IMG/VR virus record: IMGVR_UViG_3300005662_000141
Coordinates: 1 to 31,206 of that record
Origin: a virus
Lineage: Duplodnaviria; Caudoviricetes
Length of the DNA stretch: 31,206 nt
Reading direction: 5' to 3' (one strand)
The notes beneath the pieces were generated by a model. It was not told where the DNA came from. It saw nothing but the letters and a program-made list of their open reading frames with translations, and did not search any database. Positions within the stretch are counted from its first letter, which is position 1. Every line of letters begins with the position of its first letter. The translations under genes were made by a program, and so were the position numbers. Below, piece after piece: positions 1 to 8,140 of the stretch.

Positions 1-22
1 TGGGTTTATACCATACGTTGCG

Positions 23-43
23 TGTTTGATGTTGTGGTAATAT
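23..43 (+). promoter_or_regulatory. Putative early promoter with extended -10 (TGgTAATAT), probably driving a leaderless transcript
   Basis: TG-n-TAATAT at 35-43, ATG at 50 only 6 nt downstream, and no Shine-Dalgarno. The upstream TGTTTGATGTT also occurs in the promoter at ~29306-29326. Confidence 0.5.
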
Positions 44-49
44 TCAGGC

Positions 50-544
50 ATGGACAGAAGAAACATCAGCGGTGGTCCTCGTTACTATCGCAAGACAATC
101 AATCATGTGTGTGGTCATTCTCAGGAACATCACATTCCACTTGGAATCATGAACTACACAGAACCGACAGCATCGGACAAATGCTTGACGTGCAGAGCTG
201 ACGAACATAACTTCAAGGCGCTCAACTGCCCTGAGTGGCTGACGTATAACCCTATGTACATCAGGGGAACCGACAGACAGGTTGCGTGGGCAAAAGATAT
301 CCGCAAGCGCATTCAGTCTGAAGCAAACGCATTGCTTACAAAACTACGCCAGGGAGTGGAAGCAGGTGAGGTCAAAGCAGGTGATGCAGTTCACTATTGC
401 GGACCAGTGTGGATGGTACTTGGAACTTTGCTCACGAGCTTCAACGCTCGTGAAATCATTGACTTGCGTGAATATGACCCGATCATGCAAGCAGGTCAGC
501 ACCTCGACAGGTGGGGTGTGAAGGTGGAAGGAATCAACAAATGA
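50..544 (+). CDS. Hypothetical early phage protein with putative Zn ligands (CGH...CxxC) and a G-T-x-R-Q-V-A-W-A-x-x-I-R motif
   Basis: 164-aa ORF directly behind a promoter. Its stop overlaps the next ATG (ATGA). It contains 'HVCGH...KCLTC' and 'RGTDRQVAWAKDIR'. Confidence 0.7.
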   Translation: MDRRNISGGPRYYRKTINHVCGHSQEHHIPLGIMNYTEPTASDKCLTCRADEHNFKALNCPEWLTYNPMYIRGTDRQVAWAKDIRKRIQSEANALLTKLRQGVEAGEVKAGDAVHYCGPVWMVLGTLLTSFNAREIIDLREYDPIMQAGQHLDRWGVKVEGINK

Positions 545-1020
545 AGACATCGGAAACATGCACAGCGATACTCAAGGCCCTGATTCAGGTTCAGGGCCAG
601 TTGCCATCATTCAAAAAGGATGCAACGAACCCGTTCCACAAGAACAAATACCTGACGCTCCACGAGCTGATGGATGGTTTGCGCCCCCTGCTGACAAAGC
701 AGGGGCTGGTGCTGTCACAAGGTTCACGTGATACGCAAATCCTAGATGACAACAGCATGACCATCACAATGTTCAGCCGGTTGTGGCACGTCCAGTCTGG
801 CGAGTGGGTGGAATCGGAACTGGTTATGCCACTGTCGCAAGCCAGCGCTCAAGGTGCTGGAAGTGCGTCAACGTATGGCAGGCGCTATACTCTCTCGGCA
901 TTGCTTGGCATCGTGGCAGATGATGATGATGATGGCCAGTCCGCAAGCGCAAGCGGAATCCAGCGTCGTCAACCAGTTGCTCAAGCCGTGCAGACAGTTC
1001 AACCCTTAAGGAGACCATGA
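541..1020 (+). CDS. erf: ERF-family single-strand annealing (recombination) protein
   Basis: Typical ERF motifs 'KKDATNPFHKNKY', 'LTKQGLVLSQ', 'SGEWVES' and 'QGAGSASTYGRRYTLSALLGI..DDDDG'. Start placed at ATG 541 (ATGA overlap). Confidence 0.9.
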   Translation: MKTSETCTAILKALIQVQGQLPSFKKDATNPFHKNKYLTLHELMDGLRPLLTKQGLVLSQGSRDTQILDDNSMTITMFSRLWHVQSGEWVESELVMPLSQASAQGAGSASTYGRRYTLSALLGIVADDDDDGQSASASGIQRRQPVAQAVQTVQPLRRP

Positions 1021-1241
1021 TGGCACGCAAACCAATCGAGCAACAAGAAGAAGAACTGGAGCAAGCAGCTGCTGATGCTCCGAATCCAAAAGACATCGAC
1101 AAAGAATGGATCAAGACTGCATCCGAGTATGATTGGCGTCAGCTCTTTGGTCCACAGACCGAAGTGGTGTATCACCAGTCAATCGATGGCGAAATCGGAT
1201 TCGAAAAAGTGAACGACAAAGTGATTCGTGTTTGGCGATAA
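1017..1241 (+). CDS. Small acidic hypothetical protein
   Basis: 74-aa ORF with AAGGAG RBS and an ATGA overlap with erf; it ends just before the terminator. Confidence 0.65.
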   Translation: MMARKPIEQQEEELEQAAADAPNPKDIDKEWIKTASEYDWRQLFGPQTEVVYHQSIDGEIGFEKVNDKVIRVWR

Positions 1242-1272
1242 AATAGCCTCGAACCTCTTGTCCCGTTCCATC

Positions 1273-1306
1273 AAAAAGCCCCACAGCCGACACTGTGGGG
1301 TTTTCT
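1273..1306. terminator. Bidirectional intrinsic terminator between the convergent early and late arms
   Basis: AAAAAGCCCCACAG-ccgaca-CTGTGGGGTTTTCT: a GC-rich stem with an A-tract on one side and a T-tract on the other, between convergent genes. Confidence 0.85.
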
Positions 1307-1309
1307 GCT

Positions 1310-2197
1310 TTATATGGTCAGATGGTCATGCACAATCACATGGCCACCACCATTGCGTTTGCTTGGTGTCGGCCTGGAAGTTGTGAGCGTCAAAAGCATG
1401 CCACCCTTGGGGAGTGCACCATAATCCTGAATCGCTCCGTAGGAATCTTTACGCCCGTGCTTCAGCAAGTCATCGCTGGATGTTCCTGCGTACGTGTCCA
1501 TGTAACTTCCGGTCCTGATGGTCAGCACCGTGCGATGCTTGATGCGTGACTCAAGCGAACGCCCCATCGTGTTGTATCCAATCTTGGCGTCACGTCCAGC
1601 TTGTAGTGTGTGCGTGTGCCCTCGCCAGATTGCGTCAGCACCTTCAATCCACATGTTCGCCCTGGAGAATGTGATGGCGCCCTTGGTGACTGGTGCACTG
1701 CCACCCGCTCCGTGATGATAGTTGATGACGTAGTGCCCACGGTCATCCCCGTAGTCAAAGATGAAGTGCAGCCATCCGTGATATCCACCATATTTGATTT
1801 TGCCGTTTTTCCCGTTCAGCATAATCACCAGTTGCTTCACAGGTTCGATGTGGTGGAACCTAGCAACCGCATCATCGTGGTTGCCGTCACCAATCATTAT
1901 GATGCGGTCTTTGTATGGTTCGAGAATCTCCAGCGCCCATCGGATGGATTCACCAATCATGTCATCGCCTGACTGGTACATGCGTGGATGAAGGTTGTTC
2001 GTGCGGAACCGCTTGCGATCTCCTGGGAGAATCATGTCAAACACATCACCGTTGATGGCGATGAGTGCCCCACAATCCTTTGCACGCTTTAAGTCGGCCT
2101 CGATGCGGTCGTAGTCGTTATGTAGTGCGCCGATGTGCAAATCGCTCATCAGCATCAGTTTCAGGTCTTTTCCGGTTTTATGCTCAATAACTGTCAT
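1310..2197 (-). CDS. Calcineurin-like metallophosphoesterase
   Basis: Complete motif set SDLH, NGDVFD, GNHD, HHG and GHTH; strong AGGAGG RBS. Confidence 0.9.
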   Translation of the reverse strand: MTVIEHKTGKDLKLMLMSDLHIGALHNDYDRIEADLKRAKDCGALIAINGDVFDMILPGDRKRFRTNNLHPRMYQSGDDMIGESIRWALEILEPYKDRIIMIGDGNHDDAVARFHHIEPVKQLVIMLNGKNGKIKYGGYHGWLHFIFDYGDDRGHYVINYHHGAGGSAPVTKGAITFSRANMWIEGADAIWRGHTHTLQAGRDAKIGYNTMGRSLESRIKHRTVLTIRTGSYMDTYAGTSSDDLLKHGRKDSYGAIQDYGALPKGGMLLTLTTSRPTPSKRNGGGHVIVHDHLTI

Positions 2198-2249
2198 TTA
2201 TCCCTCCTAGTTGATTTTGGTAATACACGCAGAGGAATAACCACAAACG

Positions 2250-2825
2250 TCAAAAATCGAGCAAGCCAAATCCTCCATACCGTCCAAGTTCCGACCAGTT
2301 CCGACGCTTCATGTAGATGCCATCACCATCACGCTCGACACAGGTTTCGTCGGATGGTTCCGGCGAGGTATTGCCCTCGATTGTATATACACCCCAAGTT
2401 TCGACACGCCATACAATGCCGATGTGTGCAATGCGTCCAAGCGTGTTGAAGTAGAACAATGCGTGGTCACCCTTGCGTGGCATCCGGATGGTGGTTTTCT
2501 CCATGAGTGCAAACGCTGGCAACCATCGGTTGTTGTTTCGATACCACCGTGACCAGTCTGGACAATAGCCAGTCCTGGGGAATGTCTCATCGTAAGTGAC
2601 GCCGAGCTGTGTGGCTGCTTGCTTCATCCGGAATCGAACGTGAGCTGCACACCACGGTCCGTGCGCATCCACTGGTGGCTTGCATGATGCCTGATACGCT
2701 CGCACGGCTGGTCCGTCGTTGATGCCAACTTCCTGCACACCGAGGTTCATGTTTGCGAGATCTGCATGAAGTAGTGCAATCTGGCGTGTTGTACTCATTC
2801 CGTGTATCCTTTCTGTGTTCCGCAT
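2250..2825 (-). CDS. CHAP-domain endolysin (cysteine/histidine peptidoglycan hydrolase); alternative start at 2798
   Basis: 'PWCAAHV' (catalytic Cys), 'KGD', 'HIGIV' (His) and 'TIEGNT' CHAP signature; located after the tail genes. Confidence 0.85.
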   Translation of the reverse strand: MRNTERIHGMSTTRQIALLHADLANMNLGVQEVGINDGPAVRAYQASCKPPVDAHGPWCAAHVRFRMKQAATQLGVTYDETFPRTGYCPDWSRWYRNNNRWLPAFALMEKTTIRMPRKGDHALFYFNTLGRIAHIGIVWRVETWGVYTIEGNTSPEPSDETCVERDGDGIYMKRRNWSELGRYGGFGLLDF

Positions 2826-2828
2826 GCA

Positions 2829-2965
2829 GGCTGTCTCCTTCCCAGCCGAAACCAGCCCCTCTGGCTCCTGTCCATTGCCAGAGGGGTATTCTTTTGTCAG
2901 TTGTAAAGCAATCCTTTACAACTGTTTCCAAAATGGAAATGGTTCGTTCCAAAATGGAACCAACC
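2829..2965. promoter_or_regulatory. Cluster of stem-loops and palindromes upstream of the endolysin
   Basis: Inverted repeats at 2829-2847, 2856-2886 (10-bp stem) and 2898-2924 (11-bp stem), plus two TTCCA-AAA-TGGAA palindromes (2925-2939, 2946-2960). Confidence 0.6.
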
Positions 2966-2966
2966 A

Positions 2967-5894
2967 CTAACTGAACGTATTGCCATCATCCGTGCTACTC
3001 ACCATCACGATGCTTCCGGATGTGTTCGTGTAAATCACAAACACCACATCAAGCCGTACGAAACACGCCAGCTCGTCATCAGCAACACCTGAAGCAACCA
3101 CGTTTGAAGCTGCGACAATAGTGTTGCCTTGCGGGTCACGCTTCAAGCGCTGGATGGCTCCGGCACTCGTGCGCCAGAAGTGATACTCGGTCCCATTCGG
3201 ATGGATGCACACGGTGGCGTGTGCGCCTGTGCCTAGAACTGTTGCCACTGAGATTGTTTTCCCCCTGTTGCTTGTCTCATAACGCTTGCACGTCCCGTCG
3301 GTGTGGTCAACATCGATGACCAATACATCGTTGCCTTTGCGGTATGCCATCGACAGACAGGTCGCACTAGTGATTCCTGGCGTGACGTTGAACCAGTTTG
3401 TGCCGTTTGGTCCGAGTGCAAAATACAGCTGCACATTCCCACCAGAGTCAATGATTCCGTATGTCGCAGTGAGATCGAGGTCAACATCGGCAGCGGTACA
3501 CGCACCACCAATAGATGCCGCCTTGAACACGCCTTTGTAGCGTTTGCTGGTGCGCAGTGGATTCACACCGATGGCGTTGGAACCGAGCATAATGCTGTGC
3601 ACCTGCTCACCGAGTCCCCATGGCGTGGCGGTGTAATATCTGCCGGCTGCGTCAAGCGTGCTGTCAGTGCCACGGATGGCGCTTGTGGAATCGAGCTTCA
3701 GATTCACTGTGGCTGTAGTTCCAATACCGCCTGTGTTGGTCAGCACGAAACCATGAGCGATGCCACGGAGCAAACTTCCACCAGCCAAATACAAAGCTGC
3801 GTCCGTGCCACCATTGATGTCAAACGGGTCATACCAGTCGGGCACAAAGTTGCCATTGATACTGTCGAACTGTGTCTGTGCTGTGACACTCGATGGCAAC
3901 ACCTGGTGCGGGTATGTCCAGTCAGTTCCGCTGGTGGCGTTTGGCGTGGCCAGAGCACCACCACCGTACAACCAGACTGCATAGCCAGTGTCTCCGTTCA
4001 AGTAACAGTCACGCAGTGGTGGCTGGCTCACAGTGCAGGTTGCACCGCCAGGTTTCGCCACTGATCTGGTAGCAGTCCATCCCGGATGACGCAAAACACC
4101 AGCGTCACTCGCTCCAAGTTGTGTGGCAAGGTCAGCGATGGCAAGCACCTGTGTGGTGTAGGTTGTCACGCCTGTGACACCACCCACAGTCTTTTGCCAC
4201 CACACATCACCTTCCTCCTCGGTTCTTCCGTCAGCGTCAAGTTGCCAGAATCTCCTGGTGTAATACCAAGTAGTTGTGCCATCACCAGACACGATGGCAG
4301 GCGTCACACGTTGCGGAGCAAACGTCATGCTTGATGGCACGTACGTGGTGTCAAGTGAAGCTGCACGGAGCGTGGTGGTTCCGATGTCGATTGCCCCAGA
4401 TAGCACACGCAAACGGCTTGCCGATGTGATGCCCCAATAGGCGCTGTCGGTGCTCTCACTGCCAGCGTACGACGTGCTGGACGTATTCACTCTTGGATAC
4501 GGGTCATCCTTGCCATCTGTAACAGGCAATGAACCAGCAGACCACGATGCAGGCGAGCACAGGTCAATGCTCACTGTTGTGTATGTCGTGGCTGTGGCTG
4601 TCACGTTGTAGGTTTTGGTGTTGCCTTTGTAGTCAGTGATTTCGATGACACCCGACGCTGGAGCAGCTGTCTGCGCTTTGACTTGAATGTCCAACCATCT
4701 GAATCCAGACATGCCTTGCTTTGGTGCAAAGGTTCGGTCGTTGACAGTTCCTGGGAATGCAAAAGTGGATGCACCAGAAATGGTCCACCCATTGAAGCGC
4801 CAGCCCCTGAACAGCACACGAGTGTCACCTGAACCATCACCGTTGGCTGTCAGGCTTGCACCTGTGATGGCTGCGCTGATTGTCGCAGGGACAGTGTTTG
4901 CGCTGTGGCTCAAACTGTCGGAACCGTACACAGGGTCATTCAGCACAGTGGTGGTGGAGTATTTCACGAACGTATCGGATGCGGACCAACTTCCACCCGT
5001 GGCGGTCACTGTTCTCGATGAACCATCCAGACCAGTGATTACAACCGACAGTGAATCAGGGTATGCACTTTCCCATGCCCGTATGCGCCCCTGTAGTGCC
5101 ACTACACGGTCCAAAGTGCTCGATGTGGATATTGTTGCGGAAGCCTCGTTATAGATGCCAAATGCGTCAATGATTCCGGTCACGCTTGCTGACCACTCGC
5201 TTGCACTCTGTGCGTGGAATGTATGCGTGTGTGGAATGTCGTGAACTGCGACGCCATTGACTTGAACGGATCCGACAGAGAATGAGTGAGTAGAGTTTCC
5301 AAACACGTGGCTGTTACTTGACAGTGTTGCAGTGTAGTCAGCCGTTGTCCTGGAACTAGCTGCGCCGGTTGCAGTCACGCTGGAACCATTGACCGATAAT
5401 GAACATGTGGACACAGCGCCAAGCGTTGTCATCTCATACTGCTGGTATGCAGTCGGCGGTGGACACTGTGTCGGTGGTGATGTCGAGCTGTAGCCAGTTT
5501 CCGTGATGTTCCACAGTTTGTCGGTCCCTTGACTGCATGTCAGGTTGCCAGTGATGCTCGATGACGCATCGACGAACTGCGTGCTTCCTGAAGCTGTGCC
5601 CGATGCAAGGATGACGCTCCCACTGCTGGTTGTGCCTGCTCCGTTGTTGCAGGTTATGTCAGCCTTGAGTTGCCAGTTCCAGGGACTGCCGGGAGGGCCA
5701 GTCAATGCACGAGTGGTGTTGATTGTCAGCGTCGCAAGGAATCCACAATGGCCACCGATGCTGAAGTTTGTCCACATCTCCATCCACGTTTTGTCGGTTG
5801 GAGTGACGGTTCCGGGGTTCCAGATTCGAATGGTCACACCCTGACTGTGCGTGGCAGTCAGAGTGCTTGTGCGTGTGCTGTCAAGGTATGGCAT
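2967..5894 (-). CDS. Large tail-tip / receptor-binding structural protein
   Basis: 975 aa, Thr/Ser/Gly-rich beta-type composition. It is the last gene of the tail module, TAATG-coupled, and its C-terminus has propeller-like repeats ending 'SSTDDGNTFS' (Asp-box-like). Confidence 0.65.
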   Translation of the reverse strand: MPYLDSTRTSTLTATHSQGVTIRIWNPGTVTPTDKTWMEMWTNFSIGGHCGFLATLTINTTRALTGPPGSPWNWQLKADITCNNGAGTTSSGSVILASGTASGSTQFVDASSSITGNLTCSQGTDKLWNITETGYSSTSPPTQCPPPTAYQQYEMTTLGAVSTCSLSVNGSSVTATGAASSRTTADYTATLSSNSHVFGNSTHSFSVGSVQVNGVAVHDIPHTHTFHAQSASEWSASVTGIIDAFGIYNEASATISTSSTLDRVVALQGRIRAWESAYPDSLSVVITGLDGSSRTVTATGGSWSASDTFVKYSTTTVLNDPVYGSDSLSHSANTVPATISAAITGASLTANGDGSGDTRVLFRGWRFNGWTISGASTFAFPGTVNDRTFAPKQGMSGFRWLDIQVKAQTAAPASGVIEITDYKGNTKTYNVTATATTYTTVSIDLCSPASWSAGSLPVTDGKDDPYPRVNTSSTSYAGSESTDSAYWGITSASRLRVLSGAIDIGTTTLRAASLDTTYVPSSMTFAPQRVTPAIVSGDGTTTWYYTRRFWQLDADGRTEEEGDVWWQKTVGGVTGVTTYTTQVLAIADLATQLGASDAGVLRHPGWTATRSVAKPGGATCTVSQPPLRDCYLNGDTGYAVWLYGGGALATPNATSGTDWTYPHQVLPSSVTAQTQFDSINGNFVPDWYDPFDINGGTDAALYLAGGSLLRGIAHGFVLTNTGGIGTTATVNLKLDSTSAIRGTDSTLDAAGRYYTATPWGLGEQVHSIMLGSNAIGVNPLRTSKRYKGVFKAASIGGACTAADVDLDLTATYGIIDSGGNVQLYFALGPNGTNWFNVTPGITSATCLSMAYRKGNDVLVIDVDHTDGTCKRYETSNRGKTISVATVLGTGAHATVCIHPNGTEYHFWRTSAGAIQRLKRDPQGNTIVAASNVVASGVADDELACFVRLDVVFVIYTNTSGSIVMVSSTDDGNTFS

Positions 5895-8140
5895 TAACCA
5901 GCACTCAAGTAGACACAGCGATACACAGCACGACGAACAATGGCATCGTTTGTTTCACGCTCAAAGCTCATGTTCGGGATTGCGACGATTCGATATATTC
6001 CACGCACCACAGTTCCTCCCGGCTTCATAATCCTGATGACGTCACCAATCCAAAGCGGAATGTTCGTGGTCGAGTTGACCAGAATGTCTGTCTCGATCTC
6101 AATGAGAATGCGCCCTGTCATCAGACGGCTGGCAAGCACTGTCTGCGCTTGTGCAGCTGCTGCTGGTGTTGTGATTGCCGGGTCACTGTTGACATACATG
6201 ACCGGACGCCCACGCCAGTTGTACGGCCTCGATGCCGGAGCAGTTGTCGGGTCCATCGATGCCGTGTCTGCACCATAGGCGTATATCAGGCTGGCGTCAC
6301 GAGGGTCCTGACCAACCACCACAATCTGGTTTGCTTCTGGCGATTCGTAGTGCGCACTGAACTTCCTGATGACACGCTTTGCCATCAACCCAGCAGACAC
6401 ACCTTGTGCAATCGCATCAGCTGTCGAGTGGTACAAAGTAATCGATGGTGTGGAACTTAGACTTGATGGATTCGACCACACGTACTTGTAGCCAGTAGCC
6501 GTCGGTTGCCAAGCGGTGAACCAGTTCGCTGCATAGTCGGTCTTTATCTTGGACAGTACACCTTGGACATTGTCACCACGTTGCGGACAAACATTGGCGT
6601 GTCCCTTGGCAAGGTCACTCGACAATGGCAAAACGAAACCGCTGGTGTCGTTCCACGTCACATCTGTCGTGGCATATCCACAGTTCGTCACGAGGTCTTT
6701 GACTGCCGACTCCATCGTGAAGTTGTCGTAAATCACAGCACTGTCGAACATTTGGAGCGTGAAGTCATACGAACGGTCTTGCCCGGTGAATACCAGCGCT
6801 GACATGTCCGCATCGGTCGTGTTATCAGCTCGTGCGTACTGAATCTGTGGCGGTGCGAGAGTGCCACGGAAGATGTCCGTGTATGTCGGTGTTGGCGTGG
6901 CATTGTTCGAGAGTGCCACACGTACTGGACGGTCACCTGTGATTTGCACCTGCTGGACACCAGCATCAGCCAGACGTTTACGACGGCCAGACATGTGAAG
7001 CACGGTGCGCCCAGATTCGTCCACAGTCAGTGACAGGTTTTGCAGATATGGCGTTATGTCCACTGGAGCGTTTGCAGTGGTTGTCGCTGTCGGCTGATAC
7101 CACGCTTCAGCCAGGGAAACACCGAGTGCTTCAATCTGATCTGTTGATGTCAGCGTCACCTTGACTCGTATGGTGTCGATGATGCCATCCGGCGTGTATG
7201 GTGTGCCATCTGTATTGACAATGTATATGACGCCACCACCACCGCCTGTGGCTTGACCGATGCGGTCATACCACACCGTGCTGTTGAACGTCGCACCAAC
7301 CGGGGGAGCATAGCGCAGCTTGATGGGCTTGCTATACGCCGAACATGACGCAGAGAATCGCAAAGGCGCCATCTGGAAGAACGGTCGTTTTTGCTCGATG
7401 AACGTCCTGATGTAGCCAGCGGGGAGGATGGTATTCGTGGTGCTGTTTTGGTCAAGGTCTTCAAACGTGTGGCTGAAGTTCAGTCCCCATGAAGTCATCA
7501 CCAGCAGTTCACGCCGTTTGTGCGGGAGGATGTAGATGCCGTGGTATTGCCCGGTCATCTTCTGTGTTCCTGGCGTGTTCCTTCCTGCGGTCTGGTTGCT
7601 GTCAGACTGGTCGTATTGCCCCTTGAGGATGCCATTCTTGAATATCTGGCAACCACCGTTTGCAAAGAATCTGAGCTTGATTCCGACGGTGTCCGGAGTG
7701 GCTGACACATAACCAAACGTGATGGTCATGATGACACGATTGCTGTTGGACGTCGTGTCAGAGTTGCAAATGCCAAAGTACCACGCAGAGTTTGCTGGCC
7801 ACGATGCCGTGGTGTAGATATTGCTGGCGTACGTCAGATTGTCATCGAGACCAATCCAATAATCGCCGGCGCCCTTGACCTGATACTGACGCCATGTACC
7901 ACTGACACTCAGGTCAGTGAGTGACAATCTGGCATAGAGTCCACTGAAGTTTGTTTCCCAAGCACTCGACAGCGGGAGTGGCAACGGCATGAAGCTCTGC
8001 GTCGGTGAATCCCAGAAACACGTTGTGTCACTGAATGCTTTATCCCAAGTAAGACCATAAGCGCCCATCACCAAGCGCCCCTTGTTCAGGCGTGGTTCAG
8101 GGCAGTCCACTTCCACTTTGAGTGGCCACTTGGTTGCCAT
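5894..8140 (-). CDS. Tail hub / minor tail protein (Tal-like C-terminal half)
   Basis: 748 aa immediately after the tape measure gene. The C-terminal 'ANQIVVVGQD...LWIGDVIRI...YRIVAI' pattern resembles phage tail hub proteins. Confidence 0.65.
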   Translation of the reverse strand: MATKWPLKVEVDCPEPRLNKGRLVMGAYGLTWDKAFSDTTCFWDSPTQSFMPLPLPLSSAWETNFSGLYARLSLTDLSVSGTWRQYQVKGAGDYWIGLDDNLTYASNIYTTASWPANSAWYFGICNSDTTSNSNRVIMTITFGYVSATPDTVGIKLRFFANGGCQIFKNGILKGQYDQSDSNQTAGRNTPGTQKMTGQYHGIYILPHKRRELLVMTSWGLNFSHTFEDLDQNSTTNTILPAGYIRTFIEQKRPFFQMAPLRFSASCSAYSKPIKLRYAPPVGATFNSTVWYDRIGQATGGGGGVIYIVNTDGTPYTPDGIIDTIRVKVTLTSTDQIEALGVSLAEAWYQPTATTTANAPVDITPYLQNLSLTVDESGRTVLHMSGRRKRLADAGVQQVQITGDRPVRVALSNNATPTPTYTDIFRGTLAPPQIQYARADNTTDADMSALVFTGQDRSYDFTLQMFDSAVIYDNFTMESAVKDLVTNCGYATTDVTWNDTSGFVLPLSSDLAKGHANVCPQRGDNVQGVLSKIKTDYAANWFTAWQPTATGYKYVWSNPSSLSSTPSITLYHSTADAIAQGVSAGLMAKRVIRKFSAHYESPEANQIVVVGQDPRDASLIYAYGADTASMDPTTAPASRPYNWRGRPVMYVNSDPAITTPAAAAQAQTVLASRLMTGRILIEIETDILVNSTTNIPLWIGDVIRIMKPGGTVVRGIYRIVAIPNMSFERETNDAIVRRAVYRCVYLSAG

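Noticed and set aside
2587-2967. 126-aa ORF overlapping the endolysin as an embedded spanin
   Set aside because: It has no TM segment or lipobox and runs through the palindrome cluster.
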